64,000 bases of DNA from an uncultured virus (IMG/VR IMGVR_UViG_3300020215_000002) (IMGVR_UViG_3300020215_000002); one strand, 5' to 3'. Shown: positions 19,325-29,422, counted from the first letter of the stretch. Program-made: numbers and translations. Notes: generated from the sequence alone by a model not told the origin.

Positions 19325-19591
19325 ATGGGCAGCCTAATGACCTACACCCGATGCGAGCATTGCGATGGGCTGGGCCACGCTCGTGTTCGGGAGTCCTTGC
19401 CCAAGGGCGATTCGCGGTGCCGACTTTGCGACGGGAACGGCTGGCTTCCGACGGGCCTGACTCTTCGGCAAATTGACCGTTTGGTGGTTCTCCGTCGGAC
19501 GCTGGACGGCGACCCGGGCGTTCCCCCCGAGGTTGCCAGTGAAGTCTTGGAAGAGGTGCGGGCCAAACTGGAGCGGCTGGAGAGGGACTGA
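19325..19591 (+). CDS. Zn-finger hypothetical protein
   Basis: CEHCDGLG and CRLCDGNG. Confidence 0.6.
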   Translation: MGSLMTYTRCEHCDGLGHARVRESLPKGDSRCRLCDGNGWLPTGLTLRQIDRLVVLRRTLDGDPGVPPEVASEVLEEVRAKLERLERD

Positions 19592-19654
19592 CCGAACCCA
19601 ACAACCCTTACCGGAAATGCCCCCGCGCGGGGCCAGACCGAAAGGAGCCGGACG

Positions 19655-20221
19655 ATGGCCGAGAAGAAGCCGAGCTATTGGGAAATGCTCCGCGACCCCC
19701 GGTGGCAGAAGAAGCGCCTGGAGGTGATGGAGCGGGACAAGTGGAAGTGCCGCTACTGCGGCACCAAGGAGACGACGCTGAATGTCCACCACACCTTCTA
19801 CGAACGCGGGAAGGCCCCTTGGGAGTACCCGAACGACAGCCTGATGACGCTCTGCGAGCCGTGCCACGAGCGGCGGACGGCCGAGAAGTTGGAATTGGAC
19901 AAGATGGTCGGGGGCCTGGATCGGCATTCGTTCGCCGCCGTCCAGGCGTTCGTTGTCGGGCTGTCGGCGATGATGCGGGACTACGACCGGCTGCCCGAGG
20001 CCGTGGCGCTGCGCCCTTGGCACCGGGACGACTGGCGGACGACCGTGATGGTCAGCGGGCTTGTTGCTGCGGGGCTAATCCTCTCGGCCGACGTCCGGCC
20101 GGACGAGGACCCGGCGGTTATCCGGGGCCAGGTATTCGGCGGCCCTGACCCTGTCGAGGAAGCCGGCATCGAGTCGTTCGTTGAATCGGCCAACCGGCGA
20201 TGGCCGAGCGGAGGCAACTGA
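19655..20221 (+). CDS. HNH endonuclease family protein
   Basis: LRDPRWQKKRLEVMERDKWKCRYCG..LNVHH..Y..WEY..L.TLCEPCH. Confidence 0.88.
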   Translation: MAEKKPSYWEMLRDPRWQKKRLEVMERDKWKCRYCGTKETTLNVHHTFYERGKAPWEYPNDSLMTLCEPCHERRTAEKLELDKMVGGLDRHSFAAVQAFVVGLSAMMRDYDRLPEAVALRPWHRDDWRTTVMVSGLVAAGLILSADVRPDEDPAVIRGQVFGGPDPVEEAGIESFVESANRRWPSGGN

Positions 20222-20222
20222 C

Positions 20223-21167
20223 GTGGCGCGGTCCAGGAACATCAAGCCGGGCATCCTCAAGAACGAAATCTTGGGATCGGCGGACGCCCTTTACACGATT
20301 TTGTTCGAGGGCCTGTGGATGTTAGCCGACCGCGAGGGGCGATTAGAGGACCGACCCCTGCGCATCAGGGCGGAAGTGTTCCCCTATCGGGACGGCGCCG
20401 ATGTGGACCTGATGCTCTCCTGGCTGGCCGACCACGGGTTCATCGTCCGGTACGAGTCGGCCGGCCGTAAGTACCTAGAGGTGGTGAACTTCCTGGAACA
20501 CCAGAAGCCCCACCCGAACGAGCCGGACAGCCGCATCCCGCCCCCGCCGGAGCCGTCTGGCGAAAGCCCTTCAACCAATGGCGCAAGTCCTTCAACCATT
20601 GGCGCACGCGAGACAGCCAAGGACGCGAGCGATCCGGCTTACTCTCTGAATGCTGATTCCCTCTTGACAGAAGGGCAGGCGCCCCGGTCGGCGGTCCTGA
20701 CCTCGGAAGAGTTTCAGGCCGCGTGGAACGAGTCCGCGTCGGTGAGCGGGTGGAAGCCGTGCCGCCAGATGACCACCGACCGCAAGGCGAGTTTCCGCCA
20801 GCGGCTCCGGGACCCGAACTGGCGGGACTCGTGGCGCGAGGCCCTGGTCCGGGCCGGGCCGATCCCCGGCCTGCGCGGGGAGAACCCCCGGAAGTGGCGG
20901 GCGAACGTGGACTGGTTTCTCCGGCCGGACACCGTGACGCGGATTCTCGAAGGCGGTTACGACGGCTGGTCGGAGGGGGGCCAACATGGAAACGCATCCG
21001 GAACCCGTGGCCGATCCGCTGGCGGCGGTCATGGCCCGCCTCGCATCCCGGGCCGGGTCTACGACGACGACCCCGCCGCCCCCGAGGGCGGACCCCCGCC
21101 GGCTGGCCCTCCGGCCACCCGTGGCCCGCATCCTCCCGGCGAAGGCCCGGAACCTGGATTTGGTTGA
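20223..21167 (+). CDS. Phage replication initiator
   Basis: ARSRNIKPGILKNE..LFEGLWMLADREGRLEDRP N-domain; C-terminal WRANVDWFLRPDTVTRILEGGY. Confidence 0.85.
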   Translation: MARSRNIKPGILKNEILGSADALYTILFEGLWMLADREGRLEDRPLRIRAEVFPYRDGADVDLMLSWLADHGFIVRYESAGRKYLEVVNFLEHQKPHPNEPDSRIPPPPEPSGESPSTNGASPSTIGARETAKDASDPAYSLNADSLLTEGQAPRSAVLTSEEFQAAWNESASVSGWKPCRQMTTDRKASFRQRLRDPNWRDSWREALVRAGPIPGLRGENPRKWRANVDWFLRPDTVTRILEGGYDGWSEGGQHGNASGTRGRSAGGGHGPPRIPGRVYDDDPAAPEGGPPPAGPPATRGPHPPGEGPEPGFG

Positions 21168-21654
21168 CCCCGCCGTGCGGGCCGCGATTCGCGCCCTGCT
21201 GGCCTCTCCCGCCCCGGCGTGGCCGCTGTTCTTGTGGGGCCGGGTCGGGTGCGGGAAGACGTGTGCCGCCCTGGCCCTGGCCGACCGCGTGCCGGGGGCG
21301 CTGTACCAGTCCGTCCGGGAACTGCACGACCACGTTTTGCAGGCCCGCGACGGGAAGCTGTGGCGGGAGGGGGGCCCGGACGAGGGGATGGTCCGGGTGA
21401 GCGAGTGGGCGGTCTGGCAGGGGGTGTGGAAGGCCCCGCTGGTCATTCTGGACGAGCTGGGGCTGCGGGCGGCCGGAGACTTCGAGTTGGAAGTCCTCAA
21501 GCGAGTCCTGGACCGCCGGGAGGGGTTGCCGACCGTGTGCCTGTCGAACCACGGGCTGGAGACCATCGGCAAGCTTTATGACGCGCGGGTGAAAGACCGG
21601 CTGAGGGGTGGGACGGTCATCGAATATCCCGGCGTGAGCCGGAGGGGGACGTGA
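20986..21654 (+). CDS. DnaC/IstB-like ATPase (helicase loader)
   Basis: Walker A GRVGCGKT, Walker B LVILDELG, SN, RVKDRL, GVSRR. Confidence 0.88.
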   Translation: METHPEPVADPLAAVMARLASRAGSTTTTPPPPRADPRRLALRPPVARILPAKARNLDLVDPAVRAAIRALLASPAPAWPLFLWGRVGCGKTCAALALADRVPGALYQSVRELHDHVLQARDGKLWREGGPDEGMVRVSEWAVWQGVWKAPLVILDELGLRAAGDFELEVLKRVLDRREGLPTVCLSNHGLETIGKLYDARVKDRLRGGTVIEYPGVSRRGT

Positions 21655-21655
21655 C

Positions 21656-21856
21656 GTGCTGATTATCGAGAGGCGGCGCGGGGAGCGCATCCGGATCGGG
21701 GACAACATCGTGGTCACGGTGACCGAGGTGGGCAAGGACGCCGAGCGGTGGATCAAGGTGGGCATCGAGGCCCCGCGGCACATGCCGATTGTGAGACCGA
21801 ACGCGGTGAGCAAGACACCCAAGATTCGGGAGGGCAAGCCCCATGAAGCTCGATGA
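21656..21856 (+). CDS. csrA: Carbon storage regulator CsrA/RsmA homolog
   Basis: MLIIERRRGERIRIGDNIVVTVTEV....IKVGIEAPRHMPIVR. Confidence 0.9.
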   Translation: MLIIERRRGERIRIGDNIVVTVTEVGKDAERWIKVGIEAPRHMPIVRPNAVSKTPKIREGKPHEAR

Positions 21857-23029
21857 GGCCAAAGCCCGCTGCCGGAACCTGATGGGCGGGCTGCTGCTGC
21901 CGTTCCCAAGCGATGTCGAGGCTGTTCATGTTGCTGTGACACACGGCGAGTCGCTGGAGCGCGAGGTGGGGCGGCTGACCGCCGTCCTCGCCCGGCTGGC
22001 CCGACCGGAGGTCACGATCACCAACGGGGACGTGGTCTGCACCGGGCGGCATTTCTTGGAGCAGAACGGGCTGGCGGCCGTCGCGAGGCGGGCCGCGAGC
22101 GGGGAGGGGTGAGCGATGACGCGGGACGAAGCGGGCGGGCCCGTCGTGCCCCCGGCGGCCGTGTCCAAGGTGCGGGTGTACGAGTGCGTGTGCGGGGCCG
22201 AGGCCATCCGCGGCCGGGTACGGCCCCCGGCCCCGTGCGACCGCTGCGGGTCGCCCCTGGCCGGGCGGCCGTGGCGGCTGGAGGACGCGAGGCTGCTGCT
22301 CCGGCGACTGGTCCGCCGGGCCGTAAAGGGGGGCGACGCCGATGGCTGACGATGCGGTGACGGCGGCCGACGTGGCGGCCATCCGGGAAAGGGAGAAGCG
22401 GGCCACGACCGGCCCGTGGAAGTGGGACGGCGACAACGGCACGATGGAGGCCGGCTGGGACCCGGAGTCCCGGCGGCCCGTGGTGGTGTTCGCCAACACC
22501 GGGCGCGGGGCGTCCGACCCGACCCAGGAGGACGGGGAGTTCATGGAGGCGGCCCGCACCGACGTGCCCCGGCTGTGCGACGCCCTGGAGGCGGCGTGGG
22601 CGCAAGTCGAGCGACTAAAGGCTGAACTGGCGGCCGAACGGGAACGGTGTGCGGTCATCGCCGACCGGGTCCATGACGACTGCTGGTTCAAGTACAAGCG
22701 GAGTACGAACGGGGCCGAACGAGCCAACCCGTACTTCGAGGGCGGGTCGGACCACGCCGGCATGATCGCCATCGCCATACGGGAGCAGGGGGGCACCGCC
22801 GATGGCTGACGCCCTGAAGTGGAACGAGGTCGAAGACCTCCGTCGGGAGTTGGCCCGGTGCGAGGCCGACGGGGACAAGATGGCCGCCGAGATCGCCGCC
22901 CTCCGGGCCACGCTCGCCCGCGTCGCGGCCGACGCCCGCAGGGGCGACCCGCTGGTCCACACGGCGGGCACCGTCCGCACCCTGGCCGCGTGGCTCCGGG
23001 AGCGGGGCGTGGAGGTGCCCCGTGGGTGA
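21843..23029 (+). CDS. Four small coupled hypothetical genes (21843-22112, 22116-22349, 22342-22809 Ead/Ea22-like, 22802-23029)
   Basis: Overlapping starts and stops; 22342 has ATTGPW..DGEFMEAARTDVPRL. Confidence 0.6.
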
Positions 23030-23065
23030 GGTGGTTGACGGCGGACTCTCAAGCGGAGACAGGGA

Positions 23066-23248
23066 ATGAACGCCACGACCGGCATCGAATGGACCGACGC
23101 CACCCTTCGGGCCGGCCTGTGGAGCGAACCCCGGCCGGGCGGTGGCTGGACCCTCACGCTGAAAGACCGCAAGGGTGGGGACATGACCGAGTGGCCGGCC
23201 GACTTGAGGGTCCGTGAGTTTCCGACCCCGGCGGGAGGCAAGCCCTGA
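23066..23248 (+). pseudogene. Internally deleted DUF5131 (Gp37/Gp68-like) gene
   Basis: Family-type N-terminus TGIEWTDAT is joined almost directly to the family-type C-terminus LKDRKGGDMTEWPADLRVREFP in only 60 aa. Confidence 0.7.
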
Positions 23249-24063
23249 TGGCCACGCTCATCGCGACGGACCGGGACGCCCTGCTCCGGGCCATTTGCTT
23301 GGACCCGGCCGACGACGCCCCGCGGCTGCTCTACGCGGATGCGTGCCGGGAGGCCGGCGATGAGGACCGGGCGGACTTCATCGAGTGCCAGGTCGAACTG
23401 GCCCGGACGCTGCCGACGTTCGACCGAGATGAGTCCTACTCCCAAGTGGACAACCCGCGGTTCATTGCCCTTCAAGAGCGAGAGCGAGAGCTGGCGTGGG
23501 TCAGGCGACAGATTTTGAACGAACTCCCCTGGACCGGCTTGGACTGGATGCCCGAGCACATGCTCAAGGAAGACCCGCAACTCACCAACCCCGTGGCCGT
23601 CGTCCGCCGGGGGTGGGTGGAGCGGGTGGCGGCCCCGCTGGGCGTCCTGTTCGGGGCCGAGTGTGAGGTGTGCGAGGGGACCGGGGCCGGCGCGTGCCCG
23701 GACGTGGCGGAGTACATCGAGATCCCCGGCGGATGCCCCCGGTGTGGCGGTGAGGGGCGCACGCCCGGTGTGGCCGCCGCCCTCTTTGCCGCCCACCCGA
23801 TTACGGCCGTCACCCTGACGGACCGCGGGCCGTACTTCGTCCACGGCCCCGAAGAAGGCGGGATGTGCTTCTGGCTGGGGGCGGCCGAGTGCCGGGACCC
23901 GTTCGACCTCCCGACGGAGTTGGTCGCGGCCATCCGCGGGCGGCCCGTGAACCCGGACGACCCGTGGGACAACTGCCTGCTGTACGACGGCCGCGAGGAG
24001 GCGATGGAGGCTTTGGACTACGGATGCGTGAGGCTCGGGCGGCGGCTGGCCGGGTTGGAGTGA
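23248..24063 (+). CDS. TIGR02996-domain protein with inserted DnaJ-like Zn finger
   Basis: DALLRAICLDPADDAPRLLYADACREAGDEDRADFIECQ; RRGWVE; CEVCEGTG and CPRCGGEG. Confidence 0.88.
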   Translation: MATLIATDRDALLRAICLDPADDAPRLLYADACREAGDEDRADFIECQVELARTLPTFDRDESYSQVDNPRFIALQERERELAWVRRQILNELPWTGLDWMPEHMLKEDPQLTNPVAVVRRGWVERVAAPLGVLFGAECEVCEGTGAGACPDVAEYIEIPGGCPRCGGEGRTPGVAAALFAAHPITAVTLTDRGPYFVHGPEEGGMCFWLGAAECRDPFDLPTELVAAIRGRPVNPDDPWDNCLLYDGREEAMEALDYGCVRLGRRLAGLE

Positions 24064-24438
24064 CCGCATGGCGGCTCTGTGGCAGTCGGGAACGTGCGCG
24101 TCGGTAAAGGCTTCGACTACGGCCGGGACGGTGACGGTCGCCAACACGGACAGTTCCGTCGTCGTGGTCTGGGCCGAGCAGCGGCGGCCGGCGGTCGAGA
24201 TCAACGCCTCGGACTTCCCGGAGCCGTTCGGCTGGGACGGCCCGGAACCGGCCGAGCCGGAGGCGGACCGGCGGCCACGGGGCCATCGGAGGCCGGCCAG
24301 CGAGCGGAACCGCCCGCCGCCCCGCTCGGCCTGGCGGTTGGCCCCGCTGTGCCGGGTGCCGAGCGGGTCGCCGACGGGGGCGCGGCGGCGGGAGTAACAG
24401 GCGGGCCCGCTCCGGTGGGCCATGAGGGAGCAAGGAAC

Positions 24439-24828
24439 ATGGGACGCAAGACCTACCCGCCCTGCCCGTACTGCGGCTGCCCGACGGAGATGAGGGATTC
24501 GGCGTGCGTCTACGGCCGCAGCTACGGGGACGTGTTGATCTGCACGCAATACCCCGGCTGCGACGCCTTTGTCGGGATGCACCGTGATGGGAGCGGCCCC
24601 AAGGGGGCGCTGGCGGACCGGACGACGCGGGAGGCCAGGAAGAGGGCGCACGCCGCGTTCGACCCGCTGTGGAGATCCGGCCGCACGGGGCGGAATGCGG
24701 CCTACCGGTGGCTGGCGGACAAGTTGGGGATGGCGGTGGCGGACGCCCATATCGGCATGTTCGACGCGGACACCTGCGCCCGCGTGGTCGAGGTGTGCCG
24801 GGAGCCCGTGGAGGCCGACCGCCCATGA
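24439..24828 (+). CDS. DUF3268-like zinc-finger protein
   Basis: CPYCG..YG..C..YPGCDAFVGMH..GALAD..R.RAHAAFDPLW..HIGMFD. Confidence 0.85.
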   Translation: MGRKTYPPCPYCGCPTEMRDSACVYGRSYGDVLICTQYPGCDAFVGMHRDGSGPKGALADRTTREARKRAHAAFDPLWRSGRTGRNAAYRWLADKLGMAVADAHIGMFDADTCARVVEVCREPVEADRP

Positions 24829-25406
24829 AGGTGGACGCCGAGAGCCTGGCACGCATCGAGGCCGCCCTGCGGGACGGGTCCGCGCGGGAGACGACCCCCC
24901 GGAAGCCGTTTGGTCCGCCCCGCGACCCCGTCAACGCGGTCCGCATGTGCGTGCCGAGGGCGGCGAAAAGCCCGCGCGAGAAGCTGGCGGCGGACGCGGG
25001 CTGGGCCGGGCGGGGGCTCGGCGGGGAGCCGTTTATTTGTGTCACGGTGCCGGTCAAAACCCGGAATCCTTTGAATCTGTCCGGCAAGGCGGCGATGGGC
25101 TGGCGGATCACGGCTGCCAAGCGGGAGCGGGACGCCACGGCGTTGAGCCTGCTCGGGGTAGACGACGAGACGCGGGAGGCGCTGGCCGCGGGCTGTGTGG
25201 TGACCTTGACCCGCGTCAGTGCGGGCAAGCTGGATGACGACGCGGTCCCGGCCACGCTCAAGCACATACGCGACCAAATCGCCGTCTTCCTCCTGGGCGG
25301 CACTCCGGGTCAAAGGGATTCGGACCCGCGGATCGCGTGGTCCTACGGGCAGCTCCGGGGGCCGGCCGGGGCCGCGGGGGTGGTCCTTTCGATCAGAAAA
25401 GCCTGA
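24825..25406 (+). CDS. RusA-like Holliday junction resolvase
   Basis: VVTLTRVSAGKLDDD....LKHIRDQIA....DSDPRIAWSYGQ. Confidence 0.6.
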   Translation: MKVDAESLARIEAALRDGSARETTPRKPFGPPRDPVNAVRMCVPRAAKSPREKLAADAGWAGRGLGGEPFICVTVPVKTRNPLNLSGKAAMGWRITAAKRERDATALSLLGVDDETREALAAGCVVTLTRVSAGKLDDDAVPATLKHIRDQIAVFLLGGTPGQRDSDPRIAWSYGQLRGPAGAAGVVLSIRKA

Positions 25407-25520
25407 AAAATAAGGGAATTAGCGATGGTCGGCGAGCGTATAAAGTGTAGCGGGCCGGTGGGTGCTGGTAACACCACACCGACCCTGACCACAACACCCG
25501 TCTTCAGGGAGACGCGCGTC

Positions 25521-26207
25521 ATGGCTACGCACCAGTCTATCGTTCTGCCCCCGGACAGCCGCCTGACAGTCCTGGAAGTGGGACGCCACCGTTACGAAAC
25601 CGGGCAGACCGTCATGTCTGTTTTTTGTCGTTGCCAATGCGGCTCGGAGAAGTGGATACCCAGGAAGCAGGTGGTTCGCGGGAAAACCCGTTCGTGCGGC
25701 TGTCTGCCAAGAGAGGTCCTGGTGGCCAGAAACCGGACGCACGGGCGGCGTCGGGCGAGAGTCTATCAGGTGTGGGCCAACATGATTGCCCGCTGCACCA
25801 ACGAGAAGAACAGTCAATGGAAGGATTATGGCGGGCGGGGCATAAAAGTCTGCGAGGGGTGGCGGACGTTTGACGGCTTCTACGCCCACGTCCGAACCCT
25901 CTTGCCCCTCGGGTGTGATGACATCCCGGTTGGGTTGTTCATTGATCGAATAGACAACGACGGCAATTACGAACCGTCAAACGTCAGGCTGGTGACCCGA
26001 GAAACAAATAACCGCAACAGGCGAAACAATGTCCGCGTGACCATGCGTGGGGAGACGCGGGCGCTCGTCGAATGGTGCCAGATCTTCGGCATCAGTTACC
26101 CGACGGTGTGGGACAGGCACAGGCGAGGCATGAGTTACGAAGAGGCGCTGACTACGCCGCTGTCCAATGGGCGTTTCAAGCCGAAGCCCATCCGGCCAAA
26201 GGAGTGA
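25521..26207 (+). CDS. HNH-type homing endonuclease
   Basis: CRCQCG, TRSCGC, WANMIARC, YGGRGIKVCEGW, IDRIDNDGNYEPSNVR, NNRNRR. Confidence 0.9.
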   Translation: MATHQSIVLPPDSRLTVLEVGRHRYETGQTVMSVFCRCQCGSEKWIPRKQVVRGKTRSCGCLPREVLVARNRTHGRRRARVYQVWANMIARCTNEKNSQWKDYGGRGIKVCEGWRTFDGFYAHVRTLLPLGCDDIPVGLFIDRIDNDGNYEPSNVRLVTRETNNRNRRNNVRVTMRGETRALVEWCQIFGISYPTVWDRHRRGMSYEEALTTPLSNGRFKPKPIRPKE

Positions 26208-26211
26208 CGCC

Positions 26212-26709
26212 GTGTCCAAGCGTGGCATCCACAGCCGGCCCAACCGCGGCCTGACGAACGACTGGCTGACCCCGCCGGAGATCGTCAAGGCCCTCGGGCG
26301 GTTCGACCTGGACCCGTGTGCCTTCCCGGACCAGTTCTTCCGGACGGCCACGCGGATGGTGGCCCCGCCCGACGACGGGCTGGCCGAGGAGTGGGCCGGG
26401 CGGGTGTGGCTGAACCCCCCGTATGGGGACCAGCTCGGGATCTGGCTGGAGCGGCTGGCCCGGCACGGGGACGGGATCGCCCTGGTGCCGTCCCGGACGG
26501 AAGTCGAGTCGTGGTTCTGGCCGTTCGTGTGGGAGGCGGCCGACGCGATCCTGTTCCTCCGCGGGCGGCTGTACTTCCGCAAGCCGGACGGGAGCAAGGC
26601 GGGGAACGCCGGCCACGGGTCGATCCTGGCGGCGTATGGGGCTGGCAACGTCGAGGCACTTCGCCGGTCCGGCATCCCCGGCCGACTGGTGCCCAACGGA
26701 CGGGGGTGA
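26212..26709 (+). CDS. Phage N6-adenine DNA methyltransferase (Dam-like)
   Basis: DWLTPPEI, FDLDPC, DGLAEEW.GRVWLNPPYG, LVPSRTE, GRLYF. Confidence 0.88.
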   Translation: MSKRGIHSRPNRGLTNDWLTPPEIVKALGRFDLDPCAFPDQFFRTATRMVAPPDDGLAEEWAGRVWLNPPYGDQLGIWLERLARHGDGIALVPSRTEVESWFWPFVWEAADAILFLRGRLYFRKPDGSKAGNAGHGSILAAYGAGNVEALRRSGIPGRLVPNGRG

Positions 26710-26713
26710 CGCC

Positions 26714-27025
26714 GTGCCCGCCTGCCGCCACTGTCGGGACCGAGGGCGCACGAAGGCGCGGGGGTTGTGCGGCCCTTGCCACTCGGACCCCGCCGTCCGC
26801 GCCCTCTACCCCCGCCTGTACCGGTCCGACGGGGACGTGACGGCGGAGGAGGTGGAGGCGGTGTTTGAGGCGCAGTTGCGGGAGTTGCCTGCGTGGTGGG
26901 CGGCCGAGGCCGAGCGCGAGGAGCGAGAGCAGCGGGGGATGCTGGGGGTGAGGGGTGCGGAGCCTTACGAGCCCAAATGTCGGGCCTACACGGACCGGCG
27001 GTGGAACGGGCGGGGGTACCGCTGA
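26714..27025 (+). CDS. Zn-binding hypothetical protein
   Basis: CRHC..ARGLCGPCH. Confidence 0.6.
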   Translation: MPACRHCRDRGRTKARGLCGPCHSDPAVRALYPRLYRSDGDVTAEEVEAVFEAQLRELPAWWAAEAEREEREQRGMLGVRGAEPYEPKCRAYTDRRWNGRGYR

Positions 27026-27043
27026 CGCGGGGAGGGGTGCGGG

Positions 27044-28498
27044 ATGCGACTGCCGACCGAGGACGAGCCGGCCGTGCTGGTACAGGGGGACGCGGGGGCG
27101 GCCCTGCGCGGCCTGCCCGACGGGTGCGTACAGACGTGTTGCACGTCGCCGCCGTACTACGGGCTGCGGGACTACGGGACCGGCGAATGGGAGGGCGGCG
27201 ACCCAGCTTGCGACCACCGAGAGACGACCGCCATGCGACAGGCGAAGTCCCGGGCGTCGTCCACGCTCGGGGGTAGCCGGGAGACGTGCCACGGCTCCCA
27301 TGTGGCCAAGGCCGAGTGCGGGAAGTGCGGGGCGAGGCGACTGGACCGGCAGGTGGGCCTGGAGGACTCCCCAGCTGGGTACGCCGACCGACTCGTGGAA
27401 GTGTTCCGCGAAGTGCGGCGGGTGTTGCATTCGACCGGTACCGTTTGGCTGAACCTCGGGGACTCGTACACGTCGGGCGGCAGGACCTACCGGGACCCGG
27501 GCCAGAGCAAGCTACACCCGGCGTTTACGGGTGACCACACGGCTGCGACCCGCTGGCGGCCGGCCGACCCGCCGGGCCTCAAGCCGAAGGACTTGATGGG
27601 CGTCCCGTGGCGGTTGGCGTTTGCCCTTCAAGCGGACGGTTGGTACCTCCGGGCGGGCCTGCCGTGGGTGAAGCGAAACTCCATGCCGGAGTCGGTGACG
27701 GACCGGCCGGCGAACGCCCTGGAGTATGTGTTCCTCCTGAGCAAGTCGGAGCGGTACTTCTACGACGCGGCGGCCGTGCGGGTGGGCGCTTTGCAGCCCG
27801 AAGGGGTTCCGGCGAGGACCGGGCAGCACAAGTCCGAAGTGTTTAACCACGGTGGGACGCTCGGAACCAATCAGGGGGCCACTACCCGCAATCGCCGGAA
27901 CACAGACCCCTTTTTCGAGTCGTGGCAGGGCCTCTACGACGACGGCGACCCGCTGGCATTCATCGTGAACCCGGTCCCGTCCGACTTCGCCCACTTCGCC
28001 ATGTGGCCGCCGAAGCTAGTCGAACCGATGGTCCGGGCCGGGACCAGCGAGAAGGGCTGTTGCCCGACGTGCCGGGCCCCGTGGCGGCGGCAGACGGTTC
28101 GGGACCGGAAGCCGACCCGCCCGGGGAAGGCGGTCAAGTACCTGCCGAAGTCCGACGGGGACGCGGCGACCGCCGAAACGGCCGGCTGGAACCGGCCGAA
28201 CGTCATCGGCAACCGCGACCCGCAGCGGCATTGCACGCTGATTCAGACAACCGGCTGGGAGCCGGGCTGCAAGTGCCCCGCCCACGAGCCCGCCCCCTGC
28301 ATCGTCCTGGACCCCTTCTGCGGCAGCGGCACGACCGGGGCCGTCGCCGCCCAGCTGGGCCGGCTGTTCGTGGGCATCGACTTGAACCCCGAGTACCTGG
28401 AACTCGCCCGCAAGCGGCTGGCCGAGCCGGTCGGGGTGGGTGGGCTGTTCGGCCCCAAAGAGATCCCGGTCATGGCCGACCTGTTTGAGGGAGCGTGA
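27044..28498 (+). CDS. N4/N6 DNA methyltransferase (beta class) with Cys-rich insertions
   Basis: TSPPYYGLRDY, WLNLGDSY, HFAMWP, VLDPFCGSGTTG. Confidence 0.92.
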   Translation: MRLPTEDEPAVLVQGDAGAALRGLPDGCVQTCCTSPPYYGLRDYGTGEWEGGDPACDHRETTAMRQAKSRASSTLGGSRETCHGSHVAKAECGKCGARRLDRQVGLEDSPAGYADRLVEVFREVRRVLHSTGTVWLNLGDSYTSGGRTYRDPGQSKLHPAFTGDHTAATRWRPADPPGLKPKDLMGVPWRLAFALQADGWYLRAGLPWVKRNSMPESVTDRPANALEYVFLLSKSERYFYDAAAVRVGALQPEGVPARTGQHKSEVFNHGGTLGTNQGATTRNRRNTDPFFESWQGLYDDGDPLAFIVNPVPSDFAHFAMWPPKLVEPMVRAGTSEKGCCPTCRAPWRRQTVRDRKPTRPGKAVKYLPKSDGDAATAETAGWNRPNVIGNRDPQRHCTLIQTTGWEPGCKCPAHEPAPCIVLDPFCGSGTTGAVAAQLGRLFVGIDLNPEYLELARKRLAEPVGVGGLFGPKEIPVMADLFEGA

Positions 28499-28502
28499 AG
28501 TG

Positions 28503-29237
28503 GTGAAGCTGCCGACCGAGGACGAGCCGGCCGTGGTCGTGGAAGGCGACTGCCTGGAGGTCATGCGCGGCTTGCCGGACGGGTGCGTGGACGCCGTGGT
28601 CACGGACCCGCCGTACTTCCTGCCGGCCACGCATTACAGCCTCCGGTCGAAGACCTATCGGAGCCTGAGCGACCTGAGCATCCTGGAACACTACTTCCGG
28701 GACGTGTTCCGGGCCGCCGCCCGCCTGTTGAAACCGACGGGGTTCCTGTATGCGTTTTGCGACGGCCAGAGTTATCCGGTGTTCTACGCGACCGCGTACC
28801 CGTTCGTTCACCGACTCCGGCCGCTGGTGTGGGACAAGCGGGTCAGCGTGAACGGGTTCGCGTGGCGGCACCAGCACGAGTTGATTCTGTTCGCGGAGAT
28901 GCCGGAAAGCCCGGCGGTCAAGACGGGCGACGGGGACGTTCTCGACTGCCGGGCGGTGCCGGTGGACGACCGCGAGCACTTGGCCCAAAAGCCGGTCGAG
29001 TTGCTTCGCAGGCTGATCGAAAAGACCACCCCGAAAGGCGGGGTCGTGTTCGACCCGTTCGCCGGGTCGGCCTCCACCGGCATCGCGGCCATGGCCGTCG
29101 GCTGCAGATTCTTGGGGATCGAAAAGGACCCCGGCTATGTGGAAATCGCCCGTCGCCGCATCGGGGAGGCGAACGGCGAGGGTGGCCTGTTCGCCCCCAA
29201 GCCGTCCGCCCCGGACCTGTTCCCGGAGCCCGCATGA
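28503..29237 (+). CDS. N4/N6 DNA methyltransferase (beta class)
   Basis: GDCLEVM, VTDPPY, HLAQKPVEL, VFDPFAGSASTG. Confidence 0.92.
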   Translation: MKLPTEDEPAVVVEGDCLEVMRGLPDGCVDAVVTDPPYFLPATHYSLRSKTYRSLSDLSILEHYFRDVFRAAARLLKPTGFLYAFCDGQSYPVFYATAYPFVHRLRPLVWDKRVSVNGFAWRHQHELILFAEMPESPAVKTGDGDVLDCRAVPVDDREHLAQKPVELLRRLIEKTTPKGGVVFDPFAGSASTGIAAMAVGCRFLGIEKDPGYVEIARRRIGEANGEGGLFAPKPSAPDLFPEPA

Positions 29238-29422
29238 CCCGCTACACCCCCGCCGACGTGGCGGCCGATGTCGGCTGTGCTGTGGCCTTGTTAGGGGTGC
29301 TGGCCCTGACAGGCTTGCTCATCGGCTTTGGGGCCTTCGGCACGCTCCAGGGCGCCTCCCTGGGGGCCGGGGCCGGCCTCATGGCGGCGGCGGTGTACCT
29401 GGGGCTGCGGAAGGACGCTTAG
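29234..29422 (+). CDS. Small two-TM membrane protein
   Basis: Two hydrophobic stretches; ATGA overlap. Confidence 0.55.
   Translation: MTRYTPADVAADVGCAVALLGVLALTGLLIGFGAFGTLQGASLGAGAGLMAAAVYLGLRKDA

Noticed and set aside
22615..24852. Long Arg/Pro/Gly-rich alternative-frame ORFs here and throughout the window
   Set aside because: Expected in high-GC DNA; they have no motifs and overlap recognisable genes.
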